Part shown: in pieces, positions 37,028 to 49,500 of the stretch
Layout: every line of letters begins with the position of its first letter
Numbering within the stretch: position 1 is the first letter of the stretch
Source: Azolla caroliniana
Lineage: Eukaryota > Plantae > Polypodiophyta
Direction of reading: 5' to 3'
DNA length: 64,000 nucleotides
NCBI GenBank assembly: GCA_043228905.1
Contig: JBHGNT010000021.1
Coordinates: 4,836,001-4,900,000, forward strand
Made by a program: the position numbers and the translations under genes
Notes under the pieces: model-generated
Database searches by the model: none
What the model was told of the DNA's origin: nothing
The model's input: the letters and a program-made list of their open reading frames with translations, nothing else

Positions 37028-37167
37028 AGCTGAAGGAATGAATGGAAAAGCTTATGGGGGCCAGAACAGGGGAGACCAAATTACAATAATAGCCCTCCCC
37101 CTGTTTTCCTAAATTCCCAAAAATACCCCTAGAGAAGAGAAAGAGCCTACTCTCTACTATGATCTGT

Positions 37168-37645
37168 CTACACTTCTAAACCCTAAACCCTAGAATGCCC
37201 ATGGAGCTAGCACTGGGAGGCACACACACACACACACACCTTTTGGACACCCGGGAAACACCTATTGCAATCTATGGGACGAGCACCAAGAATCGAACTG
37301 ATTGATCAGATATCGACAGAGAAATGTCACCGACACTTCTAAAACCTAAACCCTAAACCCTAGAATGCACATGAACCTACCACTGGGAGGCACACATACA
37401 CACACCCACCTTTTGGACACCTGGGAAACCACCTGTTGCAATCTATGGGATGGGCACCCAAGAATTGAATTGATTAGATATCGATAGAGAAATGCCACCG
37501 ACGTCATCGTTTTTTTGCAGGTTTCGAGGGCTCCGTTTCATTGCTTTCACATGTAGAAACAACATATGACTAGATTACTATCTCGAGGGTTCCCTTTCAT
37601 TGCTTTCACCTGTAGAAACAACATATGACTAGATTACTATCTCTA
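37168..37645. repeat. Local direct duplications (~165 bp and ~58 bp) with AAACCCT telomere-like motifs, upstream of LPA19
   Basis: ACACTTCTAAA...CCCTAGAATG...GAGAAATG(T/C)CACCGAC occurs twice. TTTCATTGCTTTCAC...GATTACTATCTC occurs twice. Confidence 0.7.
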
Positions 37646-38430
37646 GGGAAGAACCTCGGGTTGGGAATGAGAAGGGGAACGAGGGGATGTGTGTGAACCT
37701 CCTTACAAACTCGAGAGAAAAGGAGTAACCCGAGGTAGATCATGAGCCGGAAGATGAAGTTGTGTTGCATTTTGTCATCTCTGATTGCTACGCTCGCATT
37801 GTGTTGTAATAACCTGATGGTAGAGACCCATGTTGGTTCATGTAGACTTCCCATCACTGAATATTTTCAATGTTGAGGACATCTAAGGGGTATTCTCAGC
37901 AAATTTCCCTTGAATAAAAAACAAATCATGTATCAATCGATATCTCCATTACATGTTAACTTGATTAGTTTTTACCTCTGCATTGGATATTAATCCATTG
38001 GCTTGATTATTTTAGAAGTTAACCCACACAAATTATGATTAGTTCATGCAAGATGCTAGAAGCTATTATGTTGTTTTGATTGTGCGTTTAGACATGGTTA
38101 TTAGAAGTTAAACTACTAATTTGATGTTTTAGAATCGAAAAATATTCAAGAGGTACCAAATGTGATGTGATATATGAAGTTGAAGTAATATTTTTAGCAA
38201 GACTTATCTTTGAGCATAAAACAACAAAAATTCCAAGGTATTAACACCTCACAACAAGATACTTTATTAATTCGTCGACTTGTACTGTAATTGTGGGCAT
38301 CAAATTAAGTGTGAGTTTGATATAAATCAATGTCTATGACTCAACTTTATTTGGGAAGTGTCAAATATATCTACTCATTTACGACCCTCTCAATTAGCTT
38401 TGTTTTTCCTTGAAAGATTTTCTTTAGTAG

Positions 38431-38598
38431 TGTGAAATGCACATAAGAGATCAAAACCAATTTATAGTACATACAAAGGTACCCATTTGGGTTGGCGTAG
38501 CTAAAAAGGGTGTGCTAAAAGGGTGGGTCGGCTTAGGTACATGCATCCGAAAAAGGGCATGCCAAAAGCGTGGCACAAAGGAACACATGCACACCACA
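38431..38598 (-). mobile_element. Solo LTR related to the TRIM at 2926-4120
   Basis: The reverse complement starts TGTGGTGT and ends GGTTTTGATCTCTTATGTGCATTTCACA, as the TRIM LTRs do. 4-bp TSD GTAG on both sides. Confidence 0.85.
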
Positions 38599-39479
38599 GT
38601 AGTATTGAAAAACGCCATAAGGCTACAACTTGAAATTAGCTTTAATTAATGTAATATTGATTAATAACTTTATTATATGCATTAATTAAGTCTATCAAAA
38701 CTTGATCAGTAAGTCATTGATTACTATACCAAGCCAATTCAGAAAGAAATTCAACGAATGTGACAATTGGGCACATCAATTACGGTAACTAAAGTAATAT
38801 ACATGTTTCCCTTATTAAGACAAATTACACCTTAAATTTTAGTAAGTTAGCTCTAGAAATATTCATAGAGTGTCTATCATATTTAAGATGAGATAGATAC
38901 AACGTACAAATATGTGAATTAATATACATTTGTAAGAATGTTATATAACATCATTTTGGCCTTTTGTACATGATAATATTACCTTTCTCTCTTTCTTTAG
39001 CCTAATATGTTTTTTCTTTGTGAGCTATGTTATTTGTTTCACTTTCTTTTTCAATCGACCTTTCGTGTTGTTATTCTACATCATCCAATTACAAAACGTT
39101 CAATACTATTCTTGTAATGTCGAGTGCACATTGAGGTGCAACCCAAAACTCTCCAAACTTTGGTACAACGATGGAATTTCCGCATAATTTTACCTCGCTA
39201 TAAATCACATTGCCAACGTTTGATGCGGACAACTGATGAATCCTAGTGTAGGTAAAGAGGTAGCGACGATCATGGCAATGAATCCTAGAGACACCTAATG
39301 TTCTTTCTTGATGACACCATGACAAAACAAGAGTTAAAAAAGGCTTGGTCGAACTAAAGTATATGGTATGCCCTCTTCATCGGGCATTGTTTGGGACCGA
39401 TTCATTGTGTAATCTAGAAGCAAATTCATGAACCTTCTTCTTCTGTACCACACTTGTTCAAGCCCCTTCGACCAAAAAC

Positions 39480-41659
39480 TCAACTTTGACGCTTGGGAGT
39501 GGATGATTTTGCATCTTTGTAAAGTTTCCCGTATTCTTCGATGGTGATCAGCGCGAATTCGCACAAGGTATCAAACATGGGGAAGAGATGTTCTTGGAGG
39601 CTAGAAAGGGCCGAATCCTTGTGTTCTAGGACATTCAGAATCTCTTCATTCACATCATGCCCATGCCTAAGCTCTTCAGATTCGGAAACTTGCAAGGCAT
39701 GCAATGCGTCGGCGAATTTCTTTATAGTATTGCTGCTAGCTTCCACATTTTTACCGAGCCATGTTAGGGATTGGTCCCAGTTCCTTGCCAACACATACAT
39801 TGGAGTTCTCCTTATTTTAGATATTGGAGGTGATCCGGAGAGAGTGTTCTCCGGCTCCATGTGGCACAATCGAATCCAATCAAGCAAAGAAGCAATGTAT
39901 CTTTGTTGAGATTTCACCCATAGAGAGAGATGTTGGTACCATTTCCCTAGCTCGTGTTCGAGCTGAATGATTGTGTTTGTGTGCATATCACTAGCTTTGA
40001 ATCTAACTCCGAGATCTTCCACCGCTTGTTGTTGTAATGCGATCATTTTTTGCACCGTGTGGCACCGGAGCATGCCCTTCCACATGGTCTTCAACCTGTA
40101 ATCCAACAAGTTTAGGGTTTAGTGCTTAGGGTTTAGGGTTTGGGGTTTACATTGCCGAATTATTAGATGCCTTAACATTCCCGAACTATAATTTTCTCTT
40201 AGTATCACACCTTAAAACATTTTCCGAAATACCTTTTCAATAGTTGCATCAGCTGAGGATATAGGTCTTCATGTGTGACTTGCTCAATCTTCGCAGCAGT
40301 CGAACTGATTGCATCGAAGGCCACATGAAGTTGAGAGTTCAAGCTTTCCATGGAAGCTCGAGTGTGATGCATTAAGTCGCTGTCCCTTAGTTCGGACTCA
40401 ATAATGTTGTTGTACTGCTTGCATTTTCTCGCATAAGCAAACCGGAGATTATCCCATATCTACAGCACCAGAATTGACATATTGATGCATGCCATTTCCT
40501 TTAACTTATTAGACACAGTGATGAATGAAGTTCTTTTCTTAAACTTAAAGTTAAATAATCCAATTCAGATATTTAAAAGAGAAGAATTAATAAAGAGAAA
40601 CAAAAAACAATTTACAAAACACTATCAATGGCCTTTTATTAAGAGAAACTTGATTACTTTGAATAGGTTTCCTTCTCCAGTACTGTTAATTAAGGCTTAA
40701 CCAATCAAGATCGATCAATAACTTCTTTGATAAAGTAGACATTTAGAACAGAACCTTTAGATTGTAAAAGATCTCTAAGATGTGGGATGATCAATAATAA
40801 CAAACTCCATTACCTTGACTTCTTTATACAGCTTCTTTTCCCATGTGTATAATGTCTCCAATGTCAAAGAATGACTGCATGGAATTGCTTCCTCATCACT
40901 TTCGATATCGATTATGCCTACCCATTCAACAACAGATACTTTGTGAGGCCACTGTCTGATGATCGGCGGCATGTTATCCAATTTCAACGATTCTTTAAAA
41001 AAAGTAAAAATTAAAGAAATGCTTCAGATTACAGTATCAACGGTCATAATTTGAATCCAAATGTAATGTGACAAGTTGGATTTGTTTTGGGCAAAGCAAC
41101 AAAGAATGTAGTGTATTCTCGTAAATTTTTTGAATACTTAAGGGATATTCGTATACAAAAATGTGTAGAAAAACTCAGCAGTAATCTAGTCAAAAAAATT
41201 AACCAAGAAGTTAGGGTTATTTTGATGTGTGTTTTCTTTTCCCAATATGAAGGTTATCTCAGTTATTACCATTAAAATATGAAGGGTTCATATGTTGGTC
41301 GTCGACCTCTTCAATCTCAAGCATCGCCGACACTTCAATGCCACTCTCGGAAGCCAAGACAAACACATCATTTAGCTCTGCTGCGATTTTCGACAATATC
41401 TTTACCTTATCCCTCATATCGTCGAGACTCCTTTTCTTGGCTTCATACCCTTTCAAACCTCCATTTCCACTTGTTTTAGCTCCGACTTTCTCATGATTNN
41501 NNNNNNNNNNNNNNNNNNNNNNNNNNNNNNNNNNNNNNNNNNNNNNNNNNNNNNNNNNNNNNNNNNNNNNNNNNNNNNNNNNNNNNNNNNNNNNNNNNAA
41601 CCCCAGTAGGAGTTATGTGAGACAAAGCTAAATCTTAACTTGGGTTCTCTCAGTGTCAT
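39480..41659 (-). CDS. DUF632-domain (NRG2/APSR1-like family) protein; at least 4 exons, 5' end obscured by the N gap
   Basis: ELNDVFVLASESGIEVSAMLE, SHSLTLETLYTWEKKLYKEVK, EDLYPQLMQLLK, LKTMWKGMLRCH and LEHELGKW...WVKSQQRYIASLLDW. Confidence 0.75.
41499..41598. other. Assembly gap (100 N)
   Basis: Run of N. Confidence 0.99.
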
Positions 41660-44600
41660 GACTTTTTTCTTGACATGTGTATGTGAGTGCAATAGAGAGA
41701 GAGAAAGAGAGCGGGAACTTGATGCTTGTGAGGAGGAGGATTTCACAAAGAATATTTCAAAATCAACAATAAATAAACTTGCAAAGTCTTCCCCGGCTCT
41801 TGCTCGATGACATAATAATGTAGCTTGTGAAATTACAAGTATATTTATGAACCTTCCAAGCAAATATATTTATCTAATCATTTATATATTCAATGCTATT
41901 AGTTAATTCAATGGGAAAAAGAAGCAATCGTCATGCATATAAAATGTGGAAGCCACCCATAAAGCACGATTGAAAGAAATCATGCATATTTCCAAGGTCT
42001 AAACATATGGTATATTTGCAAATTCTAGAATAATAATAAAATAAATAGGACTCCATTTCCATGATAAGGTTGGTTGCAACTTGCAACACACTTTTTTCAT
42101 GCATGCCTTATAAGTTATTTGTTAATTTAAATCATACTACATGCATTACGTAGTAATCATATGTAGTAAAATTCCATTTATCACTCAAAACAAACGTTTA
42201 CATAACATGTATAGGTAAAGGTCACAATGTCATTTGTTACTAAGTTCAACGTGAACCCGAGAAACCCATCTATTTGTATATTCTCGTAATCTAATGAATA
42301 AGGCGCTACCTATTTTTACGCCCTACTTCCCCTTCAAAGCAATATTGAATTCAAACCTACTAACTTGATGTGTGTATGGATTTGGACCAAGCTAAGGGTT
42401 GGTCATCCTTTGAGCCAAACACATTATACCTTTTGGTATAAAAGGTTGAAAATGGACCTCGACGGGAGGGTAAAGGTGGTGTTGAGTTGTGAGGCTGGTT
42501 CAAATTTGTTAGATCATAAGGTTCCTAACTTCTTAATTACCATTTCTAGTGAAAAACCTTGTAAATTTGGGTATGTATCATCAAAATGAGAAACAAGGCT
42601 TTGCAAGATAAATAAAACCCATGGAAGAGAAGAATAAATACTTTCAAGTTCATTATGCCATTATGTCAACGACAAGATTAAAATGACAAGAGCCATCCTT
42701 TGGATTGAATCCACCGTCGAAATGTCTTAAATAAAATGAAAATGTGTACATGCTCATAACACAACCTTACAAAGCTAGAGCCTAGGAGAGTTAATGAGGG
42801 ATACTAAAAGTGGATAGCTCTATCATAGGGAGGTAAGGCATTGTATCTAGGGCATAAAATAATAAGATAAAACCACAAAAAGTTACCAAGCACACATACT
42901 TCGATATGTGTACAATCATAGGATAATAACTTCAGTGTATCAAAGAATATGAAAATCTAATGTATCCTCATAAGAAATAAGATATTATCTCAAAGACACT
43001 TCCAATGTTCCATGAAAACATATCACCCTTTTAATTGTGATAAAATGTTTATCAAATTCTCCGAACAACTACTTTTACGCCTTCAAAGTCTTAGATAAAC
43101 TAGAATTTATGTAGAGATTCATATAGAAATCTATATGCAACCATGTACATGCTAATTGATTGGGCAAATTCACATGGTTCAAAGAGAAAATATGAAATGG
43201 ATTCAAAAACTCTAGGTTACCTCATGTTGAAAGGTAATGCAATCTTTTGAAAATGACTAAATAGTGAAAATCCTAGCTAGGGTAATATGCATAAGGTTTT
43301 CTCCCCTATTACCGAAAGCCCATTTCTCGAGAGCGCAACATCATCATCAAAGAAGTCAAACACTTGCATAGTTGTCTTTTTGCCATTGTTCCAAAAAGAA
43401 CGTTTACTTTGAGCTCTACATAAGAGTCATATTTGATCTCTAGAAAGGTAAGTAATAAAGTCTTTTTGTTTCTTGGTAACTCTTGAAATTTACAAACATC
43501 AATCTAATTTTCTTGAAACTTTTGAGTACTTACGATCTACCATGGTTGTTTTTATGACAGAGACAAAATCCAAACACTATTGAAACTCGAGAGTGACAAG
43601 TACTATTGATGTTTGGGAATGCATCCTTCCATTATCAAAGGGTTAATGTTCTAGGACAACTTTCAATGCATTTTTATGCTACAACCAAATAAAACGTCTT
43701 TCAACTCTTTCTAAAGTAGAATAAGCTAGCAATACTAGAAGTCGAAAGCACAAGTGGAAGTCACGTGGTTTGCAAAACGTCACATATTTCACAATAGGAC
43801 ATCAAGATTAAGGCATGTATATTTGTGTGTGCATGATGTGCATATGCACATTTATGAGTGCTAAATATACATAATAAATCAATAATATTCATTAGTTGAT
43901 TATTAATATTCTTGATTTCATTTAATTCATCTTCATGTAAGAAGGCATAATAATGATGATGACTTAATTGAAGCCAAGTTCTCTCTATGTGGTGATTGTG
44001 TTTCATCAAATTTGTGGTGTGGGTTCAAACAATAGACATTTGGCATGGGTTGCCCGCATGGTCAAGGGAAATTTTCCTAACCAACACGAAGATTATCCTA
44101 CTTCTTGTTTCTCACGGAAGAGGATTCCATCATTGAAGCTTAATCTTCAATTGACTTGCAAAATATACTTGGTGAACATTTACTAATGCTCGCAAATTGC
44201 CTTTGATGATCATAGATTATGCCTAGGTTGTTGGTTTCATCATTAGTTTCTAAAAGAGAGGTTCTTGGTTGTACGTTGAACAAACAAATTGTCCTTGTTG
44301 CCCATATATTCATACATACATTGGTGATTTCATGGTTTATTTCTTGAAGCGAGTTTATTAATTGTTCATTTTGCTCACACTTAATCCTAGGTGATCTATC
44401 TCAAATCGATACCCACAACATTGGTCTCATGGTTGATTTCGAGAAATAATGTGCTTAACCCTTCATTTGGCTCTTGCATTCTCCTTCATTATCACATGTT
44501 GATGCCTAGGTTATTGGTTTCACAATTGTTTTTTAAAATAGAGCTCCTCTTATGCGATGATAAGTTTTCAAATCAAAATCAACATCTTACATGATAGCTA

Positions 44601-44910
44601 GAAGGATTTCAAGCTCTTGGTGTCTTAGAGTCAAACCTTTATAGAACGTCTAGCTCAACAAGCAATATTATTCACATTTTATCACATTTATGGGTTCTCT
44701 CATTATGTTAACTATTTTTTGTATCACTACCCTCATTGATTTTTGTGACAAACACATTGTACACATTAATTAATGAAGCTGTTATTTTGTATCATTGCCC
44801 TTATGGATTCTTGTGAAAGCACGTTGTACACATTAATTAATGAAACTCCCTTTATGTGTAAAAAACTCCCCAAAAGATTAATAACATAAATTGAATGAAG
44901 GTATCTTATA

Positions 44911-45353
44911 GGAAAGCGCTATTTGCCCCCCCATTTTGGCTATCCCCCCCCCCCATTTTTTTTACAATTTCTAATAGTTCCCAGCTCGTTCAACATGTCT
45001 CAACAAGCGTCTTCAGCTTCAATTATCGACAAAACCATCCTATTTCTGACAATCTTGGTGGTATATCAACGGCTCGTAGACTAACTGAAATAGAAAAAGC
45101 CATTGTTCGAGACATGGCAAATGCTGGAATTGGTGCGGCTTCAACTCTGGCCTACTTGAGAGAAAAAACCGGAAATCAATGGACCACCAGGAAAGAAATC
45201 TACAACGAAAAAGTGGTTGCAAGAGCTGAGAATTTGAGCTATGCTGAGTTTATTAATTAATTAATAAACAATTTCATTTGGTTATATTAGTTTCTATAAA
45301 TTTAGGGGGGGGGGGGGGGGATAGCCAAAATGGGGGGGCAAATAGCGCTTTCC
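44911..45353 (+). mobile_element. Internally deleted Mutator-like element carrying a transposase fragment
   Basis: TIRs of about 40 bp, GGAAAGCGCTATTTGCCCCCCCATTTTGGCTATCCCCC. TSD ATCTTATA. Internal QNHPI...RRLTEIEKAIVRDMANAG...TRKEIYNEK resembles the FAR1/MULE N-terminal region. Confidence 0.85.
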
Positions 45354-46555
45354 ATCTTATATTGTCGTTAAAGTGAATGCTTATGTTTTAACATCAATCT
45401 TGTGTGATAATCATTCGTCAACCATTTCCATCCATAACGATTACCTTCAAATACAATAACTAGATACTCAATACAAAGTAGCCTTGTTGGTTGGTTACAT
45501 TCTCTTAACATGTGGATGGTGGATAAACAACCTTAAACATAACCTCATGGTTTGTCCACCAAAATCTCGATCAAATAAAGTGGGAGTGCAAGTTCCCCAA
45601 GACAATTTATTTGCAAATTTAGCTGTTTTTTCTTACATCTTTTGATGAATTTGCAAGCTTCTAACTATGTTGGCCCTTGAATGCACAAAGACCCTATTTG
45701 ATTATCAATGCCCCAATACAAAAGTTACAATCTGGAAAGAAATATTTCAGGAAATTCCAAAAGAAATATACCTCGGTTTTCTCTAGCTATACCACATAAA
45801 ACCATTAACACATCAAAGGTATGTAATTCTTTGGAGTGTGATATGTGAGAATGAAGTTGGTGTCTAACATTTAGTATGGAAAGTGGGCTCATAAACTCAA
45901 GTTATATTTTAACTTTGGGTCACAATGATTTATTCTTGGGTTGAGGTAATTTACTATACAATAACAAACTTACACATTTGGGCATTCTGAATCTATAATT
46001 TGAATATGCCTTGAATTCTCATTCTTTCAATATGCATAGCTTTAAGGAACTTCCTTTAGTTCAAGATCATACAAATATAGTGACGTGCAACTCTATTAAA
46101 TACAGAAGCTCAACATCATTGGGAAACTTATTCATCGAAATCAATAAAATCCAAGTCCATGTGAATATTAACACAACACATTTCACTAAACTGTGATGTT
46201 GTAGGAGTTTTGAAACTATTCCTACCCCAAATAAAACTTGCTCTTTTGTAATATACCTATCCCTATCCCTCGTACATGGAAAATGTTTTCTGAGACGAGA
46301 AAATATAATGCACCTAATGCGAGTTTCCAAAAATAGCTATTTGTTGATTCATTCTTGACCCAGTAAAGAACCTAGATAATGTCTGGCTATGGTTCTGGCA
46401 TCCTCAACTTCCAAGTGATTATGCGGGAGGCTAGACTCTGAACATAATAACAAATGATGTGTCCCAGATTTTCAAAGATACAAAAATGTGCCTTGATCTT
46501 GAGAAATGTCACTATGGAAGTTCTGAAATCCACCATTGCACCTTCATACTCGGTG

Positions 46556-49500
46556 TCATTTCAAAGGAGCTCCAGGAGCAGCAGGATCCAATCTTCTTTG
46601 AATTGCAGCTGCAGCCTATAATAAACAAATCAAAGGTATCACAAACAAAACAATGAAAAGATACGATCTAACCGAAGTTCTAAAATTTTGACATGTTAGA
46701 ATCAATTATAAATAGTTTAAATTATTTCTTGATATAACTACTTTCAACAATATGTGGTATGTATCAAGCAACATTTTTAAAAACTGCACATTATAGGCAT
46801 ACTACATAGAAAGTGCTATTTTGAGAATCAACCAAAGCATTTTGCAGAATTGATATTCAAGATCCACACCTCCAAGTTTCCAAGGCGATATTGGTATTGC
46901 ATTTCTTCTCTAAGTTGGGCTTGGTCTTTCATTGCTTGTGCCTGAAATAAAGCACATTAAGCACATTAAGAATGTCAGATACACATTTAAGAAGGATGCA
47001 TGATGCACATTCAAATTTGGGAAAAGAGTGCTTAAATTGGCAAATATTACCATTCCACTACGCATTGTGCGTTTAAGAGCCTCCATTTCTTCTTCCTTTT
47101 TCTGCTCCCTCTCTTGCTTCAACTCTAGCCTATATATTCAGTCATGCATTTCAAATATTAGTCACTAATTAGTGGAATAGGATACACATAAATTTGAAGA
47201 TTTATTTGACCATCTAGAGAGGAAACAAATGAAAGGAACTTATAGTGTATGGAATGAACCATCATGTGGAGCTTTGAATAAATTTTGACAAAAAAATGGA
47301 AAGTGCATGCAGTTTGTCACTAGGTTTCTATTGACGAGAAAAAAGAAGATATTATAATAATATAAACTTCACGTAAAACTTTAACCCATAACTCATACAT
47401 ATACACTGTTATAATTTAATATTATAAAAAATGCAGAAACTTTCACCCATGGCTCATACATGTACTTTTTATGTTAGTATTGTAAAGTGTTCACAGATAT
47501 CATACCGGCGTTGTTCCTCATCATTGAACTCCGTGCGCTCCACTGGTTGCTGCTTCAATCCCATTTTCATATACTTCATCATCTTCCTACGGTGATATGC
47601 ATCTAGATCATAGTACCTGTAATGGGAGTTCATAGAGAGCTACTACAAATGGATACTTCATTCATAAATTTACGTAAGATGAATTTCTCAAGTTCAAACT
47701 CAGAATTTCAGACTTAAAACTTTAAATAGGTTAATTTTCTAGTTTCTAATATATTTATATGGCATCCTTGTTCTACATTTTCTACCATACCAATGGTATG
47801 CCATTAGGTTTATCAGTGGGATTGTTTAAATGTTGACTTTTACCTTTCCTCTATGTTTGAAGTAATGATTTCAACAAACTATCATCCTGCATAAGCATGA
47901 ACATACATGCAATGTAGCAATGATGTGTTAGGTGTAAAGGCCCGTAGTTCACAAATTAGGTAATTATTCGTACATGTGAACACATTGTTCACCTGGACAG
48001 GACACCTCCTTTTGTAATGTGAACACACCTTTTTTAGGCTTAACTAATATAATAACCTTTTTTCTCGTGTACCAATTAAGGCAGTTGGGTGCACCAAAAA
48101 TCTGTGTGTCTCTACTCTCATCTCTACTACAGTCCTGTTTGCTGAACATCATCCCTCAGTAGCTGCTCCCTCAAACATCTCTCTCTACCTTTAACTGGTA
48201 TTAGAGCCAAATTTCTTTCCTCTGCTTTGCTGCTGTGTTTTTTTTAGATTCAGAATCAGCAGAAAACTCTTCAGTTTTCTTTCAATTCTTTCAGACCCTT
48301 TCCTATCTGCATTCTGTTCAATTTCTAAAGAAATCTGTCATAAATCTTGGGAGCAAGGGCCTCTGCTTCAACTGAAGTGAAAAACCTCTTTGAAATCAAG
48401 AGATTTGATGGAAAAGGTTTCAAATTGTGGAAAGAGTGTATGCTGGGCATCCTTTTTCTGAGAGATTGTGAAGATGCTCTCATGCAAAAGAAACCAGAGG
48501 GCATGGAAAATGATGCTTGGAACACTCTGAATAAGAAAGCCATTACTTATATTAAAATGGCTGTTTCTGATGAGATTCTTGTAGATATAAAGGGCTTGAT
48601 TACTGCCCGTCAAGTCTGGGAGAAACTTAAGACAACTTACAAGAATACTACTCCTGTGAATCAGGTGCATTTGATGAGAAAACTTGTCAGTATGAGGCTT
48701 GATGACTCGGAAGGTGCAACAGAGCATCTATCGTTATTCACAGGTACTCTCTCCCAACTACAAGATTCAAGATTATCAGCTTTTGATGACAAGCTCAAAG
48801 CTATCTTCTTACTTATGACTTTACCCAATTCTTGGGAAACATTAGTTGTTTCACTGTCTAATAGCCCCAACTTGACCTTCGATGGTGTGCGGGGCTCTAT
48901 TCTCAATGAAGAGATCAGACGCAAATCTAGCGGAGAAGGTAGTGGTTCAGCATACAATATTAGGGGGAGATATGATAATAGGAACCCAAATGTAGGACAG
49001 AAATAGTAGTAAGAGAAGAGGGAAAGAAAAGCAACAAGATATCACACGCTATCAGTGTGGCCACAAAGGTCATAAGAAACCTGATTGTAGATATTTGAAG
49101 ATGGAACTAGAAAGGAAGAAGAATGTAGGAGAGAAGAAAAACAAAGATGATAAGTTTAATACAACAGAGAAAGCTAATATGGCTTCAAATGTTATAATTG
49201 AAAACCTATCTGGTGAAGATGGTGATGTACTTCGTATTACAGGTGATGCCTTCATAGCTCATGTTCAAGACATGCAAATCACCAAAATAGATGTTATTGA
49301 TGCTTTATTGTCAATCGATGATGGATTGACACAGACATGGATAGTAGACCCTAAGGCTTCTTTTCATGTTACTCCATGTTTGGAGTGCTTAACACGTTTC
49401 ATGCAGGCAGAGTTATGGAAAAGTTTATCTTGGTAACAATAATGCTTGTCTTTGGATAATGGCACCATACACTTGTCTTTGGATAATGGTCAAGAGCTCG

